Origin: Oscillospiraceae bacterium
GTDB taxonomy: Bacteria; Bacillota; Clostridia; Oscillospirales; Ruminococcaceae
Reading direction: 5' to 3'
DNA length: 64,000 nucleotides
Assembly (NCBI GenBank): GCA_009783695.1
Contig: WRCY01000004.1
Coordinates: 8 to 64,007 of the forward strand
The notes below the pieces were generated by a model. It had not been told where the DNA came from. It saw only the letters and a list, made by a program, of their open reading frames with translations, and did no database searches. Position numbers and translations under genes: made by a program. Shown piece by piece: positions 9,629-19,857 of this stretch (position 1 is the first letter of the stretch; each line of letters opens with the position of its first letter).

Positions 9629-10597
9629 ATGATAGAAGTACAAAATCTTTCGAAGAATTACGGCGGCAACAAAGCGGTCGACAACATCTCTTTCCGTGCG
9701 GAGGAGGGTGAAATCCTCGGCTTCCTCGGGCCCAACGGCGCGGGCAAAAGCACGACGATGAACATTCTGACCGGTTATATCTCGTCAACCTCAGGGAGCG
9801 CAAAAATCGACGGCATCGACATTCTTGACGACCCCATCGCCGCAAAGCGCAGAATCGGTTACCTGCCCGAATACCCGCCGCTCTACACCGACATGACCGT
9901 GAACAGCTATCTGAAGTTCGTCTACGAGCTTAAAAAGTGCAGACTGCCGCGCAATTCTCATCTTAATGAAATATGCGAGCTCGTGAAAATATCGGACGTC
10001 GGCAGACGCCTTGTCCGTAACCTCTCCAAAGGCTACCGCCAGCGCGTGGGACTTGCGCAGGCTCTCGTCGGCAATCCGGGGACATTAATTTTAGACGAGC
10101 CGACAGTCGGGCTTGACCCGAAGCAAATCATAGAAATCCGCTCGCTGATAAAAAAGCTCGGCAAGAACCATACGGTTATCCTGTCGTCGCACATATTACC
10201 CGAGATTCAAGCCGTCTGCGACCGCATCGTCGTCATAAACAAAGGCAGAATCGTCGCCAATGAAAAAGCCGGCGTGCTCGCGGCGGGGCTTTCAGAAAAC
10301 CTCTCGCTTAAAATCCGCGTTGAGGGCAGTGAATCCGAAGTTAAAAAACTGCTCGTCGGTATTCATCAAATCAAAAGAGTCGTCGCCCTGCGCGAGGCGG
10401 AAGCAGGCGTATTCGAGTATGAAATAGAACCCAAGAAAGACGAGGACGTCCGGCGCGAAATATTTAAGAAGCTCAGCTCCCGGAACTATCCGCTGCTGAT
10501 GATGAAATCGAACGAGCTTACGCTTGAAGAGGTGTTCTTAAAGCTGATTACAGGCGATATATACGGAAACGTTAAAGATGAAGAGGAGGGGAAATAA
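9629..10597 (+). CDS. ABC transporter ATP-binding protein (GldA/ABC-2 type)
   Basis: Walker A GPNGAGKST, signature LSKGYRQR, Walker B LILDEP. The ATG at 9629 is placed by the cassette; the ORF track starts at a TTG at 9617. Confidence 0.92.
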   Translation: MIEVQNLSKNYGGNKAVDNISFRAEEGEILGFLGPNGAGKSTTMNILTGYISSTSGSAKIDGIDILDDPIAAKRRIGYLPEYPPLYTDMTVNSYLKFVYELKKCRLPRNSHLNEICELVKISDVGRRLVRNLSKGYRQRVGLAQALVGNPGTLILDEPTVGLDPKQIIEIRSLIKKLGKNHTVILSSHILPEIQAVCDRIVVINKGRIVANEKAGVLAAGLSENLSLKIRVEGSESEVKKLLVGIHQIKRVVALREAEAGVFEYEIEPKKDEDVRREIFKKLSSRNYPLLMMKSNELTLEEVFLKLITGDIYGNVKDEEEGK

Positions 10598-11302
10598 ATG
10601 CTCGCTATATTTAAACGCGAACTGACAGCGTACTTTACCTCGCCCATAGGCTACGTCTTTGTCGCCGCCTGCATACTGACGTCGGGGATTGTTTTTTATT
10701 TATTCTCGCTCGGTCAGGGCAGCACAGACCTCACGGCTGTCTTCCAGTTTATGTATTTTGTGCTGATGATTTTTGTGCCGGTGCTGACAATGCGGCTCAT
10801 GTCCGAAGAAAAGCGGCAGAAAGCCGACCAGCTTTTGCTCACCGCGCCCGTCAGCCTCATCGGGCTCGTAACGGGGAAATTCCTGTCCGCTTATGCGGTT
10901 TTTCTGCTCGGAGTTATCATACTTCCGATTTATGGAATTGTGCTTTCGTTTTTTGTCAGTATCTCATGGATGACGCTCTGGGGCAACTTTGCGGGACTTC
11001 TGCTGCTCGGCGGCGTTTATGCCGCGCTCGGGCTGTTCGTGTCGTCGCTGACGGAAAACCAGATGATAGCCGCGGTCGGGAGCATGTTTTTGAACCTTGT
11101 TATATTTTTGATGAACGCCCTCGCGTCAGTGATTCCCGTGCAAATCGTTTCAAATACACTCAGAAGCATTTCGATTTTCGACCGCTATATCGACTTCACT
11201 CTCGGTATGTTTATAGTGGCAAATATCCTGTTCTTCATTACGGTTATGGCAATTTTCCTGTTTTTGACCGTGCGGGTTCTTGAAAGGAGGCGCTGGGCGT
11301 GA
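10598..11302 (+). CDS. ABC-2 family permease (GldF-like)
   Basis: Six predicted hydrophobic segments; the ATG immediately follows the ATPase stop codon. Confidence 0.85.
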   Translation: MLAIFKRELTAYFTSPIGYVFVAACILTSGIVFYLFSLGQGSTDLTAVFQFMYFVLMIFVPVLTMRLMSEEKRQKADQLLLTAPVSLIGLVTGKFLSAYAVFLLGVIILPIYGIVLSFFVSISWMTLWGNFAGLLLLGGVYAALGLFVSSLTENQMIAAVGSMFLNLVIFLMNALASVIPVQIVSNTLRSISIFDRYIDFTLGMFIVANILFFITVMAIFLFLTVRVLERRRWA

Positions 11303-12882
11303 CGAACAATGAACAACTTACAATGGACAATGAACAATCAGTTGAAAATAAAAAGCAGGTAAACAGCTTTAAAAGAAAGCTGAAGCACGGGAGCTACTCG
11401 GTAGTAATAACCGTTGTTTTTATAGCCGCCGCGGTTTTGCTCAACGTTATCTTCGGCATGCTTTTCGGCAACTTAAACCTGCGTTTCGACCTTACCGAGC
11501 GCGGGCTTTACAGTATCGAAGCCGGCACCGCCGAGTATCTTTCCTCTCTTGACGACGTAATTAACATTTATTTTTGCAGCACCGAAGAAAATTTTACGGG
11601 GCGCGGTATAGAATTTATGCAGGCTTATGAAATAGCGCAGCGGTTCGCCGAGGCGAACAAAAACTTCACTATCTCATTCGTGGACAGGCTTACGAACCCC
11701 GCTTTCTCGGCGCAGTTCGGCGGAAACCTCACAGACACCTGCGTGGTAATCGAGTCAGAGAAGACAGAACGCTTCAGAGTGGTGAGGGAGCCCGAATACA
11801 GGGTTTTCGAGTTTTTCATAGACGGTCATCAGCTAACCGAAATGCAGGCCTATGAGTATTATATGTTCGGCTACGGCGATTTTATCGAAACCAGCGTCAG
11901 CGCGGGAACAGAGCAGGCGTTTTTGTCGGCTGTTATGTCCGTGTCCGACCTTACGCCCATCCGCGTAGCTTTCACGCACGGCTTCGGTGAAACGGGCTAT
12001 TCGGCGATGTGGTCTGTTTTGCAGGCCAACGGATACCTGGTGGAGGAGCTCGATATGTTCGGCAATGCCGAAATCGACCCTGAAACAGACTTTGTCGTGA
12101 TTTTCTCGCCCGCTTATGATTATTCGCCTGACGCGCTGAAAGCCATCAGCGACTGGCTTGACAACGGGCAGATGTACGGCAGAAACCTGCTCTTCTTCCC
12201 CTCGCCGCAGATGCCCGAAACGCCGAACCTTGACGACTTCATGGCTGACGAATGGGGGCTGCGCGCCGAATACGGGTTCGCCGCGCAAACGAACAGTTCT
12301 TTCGCACTTTCGCCTGACGGCTGGGAGCAGCTTGTGAGAGCCGCCGGCGAATACTTTGCTGAAGACGTCCCCGAGAGGACGCTCGTCGCAACGGCAATCC
12401 GCCCCGTAACGCGGCTTTTTGACAGCCGCCAGTCCATGGACACCACGGTTCTAATCGAAACCTACGCCGCCCCGAATACGGGCACGATTTATGTGCCGCT
12501 GTTAGAGTTGGACGAGCTTGACGAAGACTGGGACCCTGTATATGAAGTGCTGAATGTCGCCGTTATGAGCCGCAAGACCCGCTTTGAGGGCTTTGAAACT
12601 CTTACAAGCCGCGTGATTATGTTCGGCTCGCCCTCTGTTTTCGTGGGTGAAACGCTTATGACGCCGCAGCTGTCAAACGCGCAGCTTCTGCTCAACATTT
12701 TCGGCGATATAAGCGGCAGAAGCGAAATAGCCGCACGCGTCACGCCTAAATCGTTCGGTTCAACGGTGTTCGATATAACCGTGGGTCAGGCGAATATGAT
12801 TGCGGTGGTTTTCGTAATTATTATACCTGTGCTAATCATTACGGCAGGGCTTGTTGTATTCTTTAGGAGGCGTTACAGATAA
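11299..12882 (+). CDS. GldG-like ABC-transport auxiliary protein
   Basis: N- and C-terminal TM anchors with a large extracytoplasmic domain. GTGA start/stop overlap with the permease. Typical gldA-F-G gene order. Confidence 0.75.
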   Translation: MTNNEQLTMDNEQSVENKKQVNSFKRKLKHGSYSVVITVVFIAAAVLLNVIFGMLFGNLNLRFDLTERGLYSIEAGTAEYLSSLDDVINIYFCSTEENFTGRGIEFMQAYEIAQRFAEANKNFTISFVDRLTNPAFSAQFGGNLTDTCVVIESEKTERFRVVREPEYRVFEFFIDGHQLTEMQAYEYYMFGYGDFIETSVSAGTEQAFLSAVMSVSDLTPIRVAFTHGFGETGYSAMWSVLQANGYLVEELDMFGNAEIDPETDFVVIFSPAYDYSPDALKAISDWLDNGQMYGRNLLFFPSPQMPETPNLDDFMADEWGLRAEYGFAAQTNSSFALSPDGWEQLVRAAGEYFAEDVPERTLVATAIRPVTRLFDSRQSMDTTVLIETYAAPNTGTIYVPLLELDELDEDWDPVYEVLNVAVMSRKTRFEGFETLTSRVIMFGSPSVFVGETLMTPQLSNAQLLLNIFGDISGRSEIAARVTPKSFGSTVFDITVGQANMIAVVFVIIIPVLIITAGLVVFFRRRYR

Positions 12883-14358
12883 TTGAGTAAAAAAGTTAAG
12901 ACCTTAATATTTTCATCAACGGGACTGGCGCTGCTTGCCGCACTTGCTGTGATTCTCATGCTTACTCAGCGCGGTGATGATAAAAACGGCGGTGAAATCC
13001 CGCCCGAGTCCGAACCCGAAAGAATCTACTTCACGCAGCTCATGCCGGAAGACCTCGTCAGCATCAGCGTAAAAAATGAACACGGCGAATATACTATAGA
13101 GCGCAGCCCGGACGGCGTCTATAACGTGCCTGTGCTGCTCGGCGCACTGCTTAATCACTCAAAACTGCACACTTGCGCACGTTACATGTCGGAGTTCTGG
13201 GCACGCGAGCCGATCGAAGAAAATGCAGAAAACCTCGAACAGTACGGGCTTCTTGAGAACACGGCGGCGCGCGGACTCGCGGCTTTCACCGGCGGCGAGG
13301 TGCTTGAAATATATGTCGGCGACAAGACCCCGACGCCCGAAGATATGACATATGTGCGCGTTATCAGAGCAGGCAGTAAAGACACTGTTTACGCGGTCTG
13401 GTCGTACCTCGTGGACTGGCTTAAGGAGAGCCCGCTCCAATATGTTTCTCTCGATGTTACGATGAGCTACACGGATGCCGGCTGGCCCCGAATCGAGCGG
13501 TTCACGGTTGACAGAGCAGGACGCGAGCAGTATATAATTGAGCTTATTCCGCGGCTTGACGAAGAGGAGATAGTAATCAACTCGCACAGGCTTCTCGCGC
13601 CGGTTGCGGTGGAAGTAGACCACCATAAAGGCAACCGCGTTACGCAGGGCTTGTTCGGGCTGACGGCGCAGGAGGTCGCTTTCGTCGGAACGGAGCTGCC
13701 CGAAGAATTTGCGCACGTTTTCGACGAGCCGGAAGCTGCCGCCGTAATGACGCTTAACGGACGGGATTCTGCGCTTATAATCGGCAGCCGTTACTTTACG
13801 CAAAACGAAGACGGTGAAAATGTTTTCGCCGGGTATTACGGCATGCACAGCGACCATCCCGACGTGCTCTTCATTTTTTCGCCCGATATGCTTAACTGGC
13901 TGCTTACGTTCGATGTCGAGAGCATTATGGCGTCGATGTTCCAGCGCCCGCTTATTTACACGGTTTCCGAGCTTATAATCGAAACGCCTGCACACACGCT
14001 GAGCTTCACGTTCACAGGCGAAAGCCGCAGCGACGAAAAGTATTTCCTGGACGGCGCGCAGATTGACACAAACAGGCTCAAAGACCTTTACATCTTCGCG
14101 ATTTCCGCAAGCGCGGAGGCGTTGTTCAAAGGCGAGCCCGGGGAAGCGGAAAATATGCCGCTGCTGGCGCGTTACACCTACAGATACCGCGACGGTTCAC
14201 CTGAAACTGTCATAGAGTTCCTTGACGCCGGCTCTCTGAGAAGTGTGATTGCCGTAGACGGCGAGCTGCGTTTCACCACGCGCATAGGTTATCTTACACG
14301 GCTTGAACAGAACCTGGATGCTTTTTTAAACAACGGAACTATTATAAACTCTTGGTGA
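12883..14358 (+). CDS. DUF4340-like membrane-anchored protein
   Basis: N-terminal TM segment; the usual fourth gene of GldA/F/G-type operons in Firmicutes. TTG start directly follows the gldG-like stop. Confidence 0.7.
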   Translation: MSKKVKTLIFSSTGLALLAALAVILMLTQRGDDKNGGEIPPESEPERIYFTQLMPEDLVSISVKNEHGEYTIERSPDGVYNVPVLLGALLNHSKLHTCARYMSEFWAREPIEENAENLEQYGLLENTAARGLAAFTGGEVLEIYVGDKTPTPEDMTYVRVIRAGSKDTVYAVWSYLVDWLKESPLQYVSLDVTMSYTDAGWPRIERFTVDRAGREQYIIELIPRLDEEEIVINSHRLLAPVAVEVDHHKGNRVTQGLFGLTAQEVAFVGTELPEEFAHVFDEPEAAAVMTLNGRDSALIIGSRYFTQNEDGENVFAGYYGMHSDHPDVLFIFSPDMLNWLLTFDVESIMASMFQRPLIYTVSELIIETPAHTLSFTFTGESRSDEKYFLDGAQIDTNRLKDLYIFAISASAEALFKGEPGEAENMPLLARYTYRYRDGSPETVIEFLDAGSLRSVIAVDGELRFTTRIGYLTRLEQNLDAFLNNGTIINSW

Positions 14359-14408
14359 CCACCCCGCTCGCTTTGCGGCGGTTCATCAAAATTGAAAGGG
14401 AGCATAAA

Positions 14409-14681
14409 ATGGAAAACTTCTACACCTACAAAGGCTATCCTCTCGTCAGGAACGGCAAGCAGATTTATTACGGCAATATGTCGGACGACTATGTCTGCAT
14501 GATTACCATTATGCACACGCGCAAAGTAAAAGACCTTGACGTCGCGGATAAGGTCAAGGTTATGCTTATGCAGACCGCCGCAGACATAGACCCGAGCCGA
14601 ATGATTGTCAAAAACAGCGACAGGGGCAGTCTTTACGAGGCGCTCGAAATGGCGCACACGTGGCTGGATAAGACGAAGTAA
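14409..14681 (+). CDS. Hypothetical small protein (90 aa)
   Basis: The ATG at 14409 is preceded by gaaaggga. I recognise no family. Confidence 0.55.
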   Translation: MENFYTYKGYPLVRNGKQIYYGNMSDDYVCMITIMHTRKVKDLDVADKVKVMLMQTAADIDPSRMIVKNSDRGSLYEALEMAHTWLDKTK

Positions 14682-14687
14682 GAATAA

Positions 14688-15242
14688 ATGAAAAGATTAC
14701 TTGTACCTCCTTTAATTATAACGTTAATTTTAACCGCTTGCTCACAAACCGATAACGCTGATGATTATGAATTATTGGTACTGACATTCGGAAAGTCAAG
14801 TATCGATATGCATGAAAACTTTGGCACAGAGCCATTAGAGGGTGCACAGTGGATAGCGCCGAGTTCGTCCAATAACCCCGCAACCCGCGAGGAAGCGGAG
14901 CTATTAGTTTTAGGAACACCCGAAAACCCCGAATACTCCGCGATTAACAATTTTGAATTCATTGGTGAAAACGATTCTTTTTATATTTTCAACCTTGACG
15001 CGATGTACCGTTACACGCCCGGCGCGCGTTTGGTAGCACGGGTAATGGTTTATAAGGACTGGAGCGCGCCTTTAAACGAACCGGCGAGTTTCCGCACAAG
15101 AGAATCAGCGATAGAGCGATTAAAAGAAGTGGTCAGTGAAAACGTTGAAGAACAATTCAGGCAAGCGGTTTTAGAACGATTAACCGCAAAAGCCGATGAA
15201 ATGAACTCTAATTGGGGCCTTTGGGGAGGCTGGGTCGGTTAA
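14688..15242 (+). CDS. Putative lipoprotein
   Basis: Signal peptide with lipobox LILTAC. No recognised domain. Confidence 0.65.
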   Translation: MKRLLVPPLIITLILTACSQTDNADDYELLVLTFGKSSIDMHENFGTEPLEGAQWIAPSSSNNPATREEAELLVLGTPENPEYSAINNFEFIGENDSFYIFNLDAMYRYTPGARLVARVMVYKDWSAPLNEPASFRTRESAIERLKEVVSENVEEQFRQAVLERLTAKADEMNSNWGLWGGWVG

Positions 15243-15258
15243 ATATTTAAAAGCACAT

Positions 15259-15295
15259 GAACCCCCGCCTTATAAGGCGAGGGTTTCTGTTATTT
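15259..15295. terminator. Bidirectional intrinsic terminator between convergent genes
   Basis: gaacccccgcc-ttataa-ggcgagggtttc hairpin with T-rich flanks. Confidence 0.75.
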
Positions 15296-15304
15296 ATTAA
15301 GGTT

Positions 15305-16456
15305 TTAAAGCGCCCCCGCCAGAATCGAATGTTCATCGTCCTTATCAAACAGATGAATGTGGCTCGGGTCAATCGCCAGCTTCACAACGTCCTGCGGACG
15401 CGCCTGCGAGCGGTTGGAAACGCGCACTGTCAGCGGAATCTCCTCACAGGTGAGGTAAAGATATGTTTCCGCGCCCATCATTTCCGCAACGTCGATTGTC
15501 GCTTCGATGATGCCTGTTTTTGCGTTAGACAGGAATATTTCTTCGTCATGAATGTTTTCGGGACGGACACCGAGGATTAATGCCTTGTCAACGTAATTCT
15601 CAAGCGAGGCGTTGTCAGCCTTCGATGCCGGAATTTCAACGTAGAACTTGCGTCCTCTTGCGGTTTTGGTGTCCTCGGAGCCGAATTCAACTACGTACTT
15701 GCCGTCCTGCTTGAGCAGCTTTGCTTCTATAAAGTTCATCTGCGGCGAGCCGATAAAGCCTGCCACGAACTTGTTCACAGGGTTTGCATAAAGGTTAATC
15801 GGGCTATCAATCTGTTGAATGTATCCGTCTTTCATAACGACGATTCTGTCGCCCATAGTCATAGCTTCGATTTGGTCGTGCGTAACGTAGATGAACGTGG
15901 TTCCGAGTTTTTTATGCAGCTTCGCAAGCTCGGTTCTCATCTGTGCCCTCAGCTTCGCGTCAAGGTTTGACAGCGGCTCGTCAAGCAGGAAGACCTGCGG
16001 GTCGCGGACGATTGCACGCCCGAGCGCTACACGCTGTCTTTGACCTCCCGAAAGAGCCTTCGGCTTACGGTCGAGCAGGTGGGTAATATCAAGAATCTTT
16101 GCAGCTTCGTCAACGAGCTTGCGTATTTCATCCTTGGGAACCTTACGGAGCTTGAGCCCGAACGCCATGTTCTCAAACACGGACATATGCGGATAAAGCG
16201 CGTAGTTCTGGAAAACCATCGCAATATCCCTGTCTTTGGGCGCGACGTCGTTAACCAGACGCTCGCCTATGAACAGTTCGCCCTCGGTTATTTCCTCAAG
16301 ACCTGCAATCATACGCAGCGTAGTAGATTTTCCGCAGCCCGACGGCCCTACGAGAATTATAAACTCTTTGTCCTTAATGTTCATCGTGAAGTCCGAAACT
16401 GCGATAACGCCGCCGGGATAACGCTTATAAATGCCTTTCAGTGCTAAACTTGCCAT
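15305..16456 (-). CDS. Sugar ABC transporter ATP-binding protein (MsmK/MalK/UgpC type)
   Basis: [18 protein letters not shown] and FLLDEP motifs, plus a MalK-type C-terminal regulatory domain. No cognate permease gene is adjacent. Confidence 0.93.
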   Translation of the reverse strand: MASLALKGIYKRYPGGVIAVSDFTMNIKDKEFIILVGPSGCGKSTTLRMIAGLEEITEGELFIGERLVNDVAPKDRDIAMVFQNYALYPHMSVFENMAFGLKLRKVPKDEIRKLVDEAAKILDITHLLDRKPKALSGGQRQRVALGRAIVRDPQVFLLDEPLSNLDAKLRAQMRTELAKLHKKLGTTFIYVTHDQIEAMTMGDRIVVMKDGYIQQIDSPINLYANPVNKFVAGFIGSPQMNFIEAKLLKQDGKYVVEFGSEDTKTARGRKFYVEIPASKADNASLENYVDKALILGVRPENIHDEEIFLSNAKTGIIEATIDVAEMMGAETYLYLTCEEIPLTVRVSNRSQARPQDVVKLAIDPSHIHLFDKDDEHSILAGAL

Positions 16457-16520
16457 TTAAACAAACCTCCTGTTTTTAAATATAATTATAACCGAATCAA
16501 TTACCTTAAAGCAATTATTC

Positions 16521-16606
16521 GGGGATTGCGCCGTCTGTGAACAGCGCCTGCCGTGCACACACGGCAGAATCCCGTTCAAACTAAAACTTTATGTTTTAGT
16601 TTGAAC
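16521..16606. other. Structured intergenic segment (nested helices)
   Basis: GGGGATT (16521) pairs with AATCCC (16568), enclosing the 8-bp hairpin CTGCCGTG/CACGGCAG. A 14-bp perfect hairpin gttcaaactaaaac/gttttagtttgaac follows at 16574-16606. No U-tract is present. Confidence 0.5.
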
Positions 16607-16895
16607 GATACATCCGCTTTCTCTATAATACAGTTCTGCGGGGAAAAAGTAAAGAGCCTAATTAACTAAATTTTTTTAAAATGCTTTATGTATATTGCAT
16701 AGGTGTGACAAAACCGTAATTAAACTTTCATGTTTTTGTTGTTACTTTTTTACAAAAAAACAAGAAAAACCGCTTGCTGTAAGCAACAGTGCTCGAAATT
16801 TCAGCAAATTTAACAATAGAAGCGTATGAATTTTGTTTAAACTTGTGCCATATAAATTGAAAGTATACAATATCTATAAAAAGGCTGGTACTTAT

Positions 16896-17351
16896 ATGTA
16901 TAAATCTACCCGTATGAACAAGGCGAAAGCCGTTTTTCTTGCTGTTATTGTCCTGTTTGCCGCGGCTCTTTCGGTACGGCTTATCAGCGTCAATGCGGGT
17001 GCGCGCGCTGTAAAGGTACAGGGCGCCGCCGACATTGTTGCTTACCTGAATACCTTTGGCTGGGCGGTGGAACCGGAGCCCGTAACGGTCAAGAATGTAC
17101 AGATTCCCGCAAAATTCACCGAAACTTATCAGCGGTACAACGATTTACAGAAGCAGCAGGGCTTCGACCTTTCGCGGTATCGCGCCGATATAGTCGAAAG
17201 CTATACCTTCCGCGTGCTCAACCACCCGGCGGCAGGCGACGTCTTCGCGAATGTTTTGGTTTACAAAGGGCGAATCATCGGCGGGGACATCTGCTCGTTC
17301 TCCATAAACGGCTTCATGACGAGCTTCGACGGAAAGTCAATGAACAGTTGA
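16896..17351 (+). CDS. DUF4830-like protein
   Basis: N-terminal TM segment, then ...FGWAVEPEPV...IPAKF...YNDLQKQQGFDLSRY..., typical of DUF4830 (from memory). Start is 16896 or 16914. Confidence 0.7.
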   Translation: MYKSTRMNKAKAVFLAVIVLFAAALSVRLISVNAGARAVKVQGAADIVAYLNTFGWAVEPEPVTVKNVQIPAKFTETYQRYNDLQKQQGFDLSRYRADIVESYTFRVLNHPAAGDVFANVLVYKGRIIGGDICSFSINGFMTSFDGKSMNS

Positions 17352-17386
17352 TTGACAAATTACGCAAAATAATGTATAATTAAATC

Positions 17387-18577
17387 ATGAAGAAGAAATT
17401 TATCGCTTTTATTATTCTTACAGCCTTATTTATAAATGTATCATATGCTTATCAGGAAACGCCGGAGCGCGTTTTTACGCTCATAACCTCGCATGACCCC
17501 GACCGCTGCGCAGTCCTTACTGCAGAGGGCAATACAATTCATGCTGAGGGTTTCTTTAAAGATTACATCGTTGAGGATTTTTTTATCAATGTGCCTCTGC
17601 GCGAAATGGAGAGCCGCTTCACACGTGACGCTGACGGTTCGTTTTCTGCCGCTTACAGCGGAATTCCGTCCGTCTCGAACGCTCTCGCCGTCATAAAGCT
17701 TGATAACGGCACTACGCTTAACTACCGCGTTGAGTACAGCGACGGCATAGGCTGGTTTTTCGGCGATAACGGGCTTGCCGAAAAAACTGCTGCCACGCTT
17801 GAGGACTACCGCGTCATTTCGCCCGGAGTCAGCGAGAATTACATAAGCGCAGGCGGCGACCCTCGCGAGATTGCGGAAACACGCGAAATCCTGCTGCAAA
17901 TCGTAGAGGAAATCACAGTCGGGCTTGACTGCGATTATCAAAAAGCAAAGGCGCTTAATCAATGGGTCGCCGATAACATCGTCTATGACCGCGACGCCAG
18001 GGACAGCGATGTCACCGAGTATACTGTTTCGGTTGCGACCACGCTCCGTCTGCGGCGCAGCGTCTGTATCGGCATCGCCAATACCTACGGCGCGCTGCTT
18101 GAGGCAGCGGGCTTGAAAGTCCTGAACATAAAGGGCGGGATTGCAAATGCCCTTGAGGGCGTCCCCTATGAGCTGCTGCCCACGCAGACTATTGCGCATG
18201 AATGGGTTGCGTTTTGGTTTGAAGCCGAGAACCGCTGGGTCTACGCCGACCCCACCTGGGACAGGCAGGGTTATTTCGAGAATAACAGCTACCATTACAG
18301 AACCGCCGTAATCAAGCACTTTGACATATCGGGGCTCGCGCTGTCTTTCGACCACCGCGGCGACCGCGCCGAACTACGGCAGTTCTTCGCACAAACTAAT
18401 GACGAAGCTGAAGAACTTGAGCTTGATACGCCGCCGGAAACACCGCCCCCGGACATTCTCACAAGCGATACACCGGAGCCGCCCGGGGAAAATAACAACT
18501 TCCTCTACATGGCAATCGGCGCGCTGCTCCTCGCGGCAGTAATTATGGTTATAATAATTTTAAAATATAGAAAGTAA
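17387..18577 (+). CDS. Transglutaminase-like cysteine protease domain protein, C-terminally membrane anchored
   Basis: Signal peptide, then a Cys-His-Asp core (RRSVCIGIANTYG ... HEWVAFWF ... YADPTWD), a Pro-rich linker and a C-terminal TM segment ending KYRK. Confidence 0.8.
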   Translation: MKKKFIAFIILTALFINVSYAYQETPERVFTLITSHDPDRCAVLTAEGNTIHAEGFFKDYIVEDFFINVPLREMESRFTRDADGSFSAAYSGIPSVSNALAVIKLDNGTTLNYRVEYSDGIGWFFGDNGLAEKTAATLEDYRVISPGVSENYISAGGDPREIAETREILLQIVEEITVGLDCDYQKAKALNQWVADNIVYDRDARDSDVTEYTVSVATTLRLRRSVCIGIANTYGALLEAAGLKVLNIKGGIANALEGVPYELLPTQTIAHEWVAFWFEAENRWVYADPTWDRQGYFENNSYHYRTAVIKHFDISGLALSFDHRGDRAELRQFFAQTNDEAEELELDTPPETPPPDILTSDTPEPPGENNNFLYMAIGALLLAAVIMVIIILKYRK

Positions 18578-18582
18578 GATAA

Positions 18583-18648
18583 TAAACAAAACTAAATCGG
18601 AGAAACAGGACTTCTCATTCTTCTCCGGTGAGGAAAGGACTTATTAAT
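18583..18648 (+). repeat. Leader cassette copy LC5 (precedes CofE-like gene)
   Basis: AAATCGGAGAAACAGGACTTCTCATTCTTCTCCGGTGAGGAAAGGACTTATTAATATG. The arms carry compensatory changes relative to the consensus. Confidence 0.75.
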
Positions 18649-19842
18649 ATGTCAAAAACACTCGGCACTATCTCGAGGGGAGTAAAGGCACCGATTATCA
18701 AAGAGGGCGACAACCTGGCTGAAATAGTCGTAAGCAGCGTGCTCGGGGCGGCACACGAGAACAATTTCACGCTCCTTGACCGCGATGTCGTCGCCGTCAA
18801 GGAATCAATTGTAGCCCGCGCACAAGGCAACTACGCCACCGTGCAGGATATAGCCGGCGACATTAAACAAAAATTCGGCGCAGACGCCGAAATAGGCGTT
18901 GTTTTCCCGATTCTCTCCCGCAACAGGTTCGCAATCGCCCTGCGCGGGATTGCGCTCGGAGCAAAAAAAATATATCTCATGCTCAGCTACCCATCCGACG
19001 AAGTCGGAAACGCGCTGATAACGACAGAGCAGTTAGTCGAAAGCGGCGTGAACCCGTATGCGGACGTGCTTAACGAGGCGAGGTTCAGGGAGCTTTTCGG
19101 CTATGAAAAGCATATGTTCACGGGCGTCGACTACATCGAGTACTACAAGGAGCTGATTACCGAAGCGGGCGCGGAGGCGGAGGTTATCTTCGCCAACAAC
19201 CCGACAGCGATTCTGACCTACACCAAGGACGTCATCTGCGCGGATATCCACACCCGCAAGCAGACTAAAGAAAAGCTCATAAACGCAGGAGCGAACAGGG
19301 TTTACGGGCTGGATAATATTTTAAGCAGCCCGGTGAACAACTCCGGCTTTAACCCCGAATACGGCGTGCTCGGCTTCAACAAGGCGACCGAGGATAAAAT
19401 CAAGCTGTTCCCGCGTGACTGCAACCGGTTTGTCAGCGATACTGCCGAGCTGTTCTACGCAAAAACAGGCAAAAGAATCGAGGTCATGATTTACGGCGAC
19501 GGCGCGTTTAAAGACCCTGTGGGCTTCATCTGGGAGCTCGCCGACCCTGTTGTCTGCCCCGCCTACACCGGCGGGCTCGCGGGCAAGACAAACGAAATTA
19601 AGCTCAAATACTTCGCAGACAACGAGTTCTCAGAGCTTTCGGGCGATGAGCTTGAAAGCGCGATTTCCGAGCGGATTAAAAACAAGAAAGATGACTTAAA
19701 AGGCGACATGGCGGCTGAGGGCACGACCCCGCGCTACCTCACAGACCTGCTCGGCTCGCTTGCAGACCTGACGTCCGGCAGCGGCGACAAGGGAACGCCG
19801 ATTGTGCTGGTGCAGGGGTATTTTGATAACTTTTCAAATTAA
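18649..19842 (+). CDS. F420-0:gamma-glutamyl ligase (CofE)-like family protein
   Basis: The N-terminus GVKAPIIKEGDNLAEIV...LLDRDVVAVKESIVARAQG resembles CofE-type ligases. The 397 aa length is longer than canonical CofE. Confidence 0.6.
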   Translation: MSKTLGTISRGVKAPIIKEGDNLAEIVVSSVLGAAHENNFTLLDRDVVAVKESIVARAQGNYATVQDIAGDIKQKFGADAEIGVVFPILSRNRFAIALRGIALGAKKIYLMLSYPSDEVGNALITTEQLVESGVNPYADVLNEARFRELFGYEKHMFTGVDYIEYYKELITEAGAEAEVIFANNPTAILTYTKDVICADIHTRKQTKEKLINAGANRVYGLDNILSSPVNNSGFNPEYGVLGFNKATEDKIKLFPRDCNRFVSDTAELFYAKTGKRIEVMIYGDGAFKDPVGFIWELADPVVCPAYTGGLAGKTNEIKLKYFADNEFSELSGDELESAISERIKNKKDDLKGDMAAEGTTPRYLTDLLGSLADLTSGSGDKGTPIVLVQGYFDNFSN

Positions 19843-19857
19843 GCGGATTGAATACGC

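Noticed and set aside
13159-13995. A 278-aa antisense ORF inside the DUF4340 gene. Similar shadows occur at 17441-18355, 34100-35044, 33538-34176, 42454-43134 and 6503-7219.
   Set aside because: All are embedded in better-supported genes on the other strand. They have Arg/Ala/Val-rich shadow-like composition and lack ribosome-binding sites.
15257-15580. A 107-aa plus-strand ORF that overlaps the 3' end of the MsmK-type ATPase gene.
   Set aside because: It starts inside the bidirectional terminator and runs antisense to a highly conserved ABC ATPase gene. Its Arg-rich translation looks like a shadow ORF.
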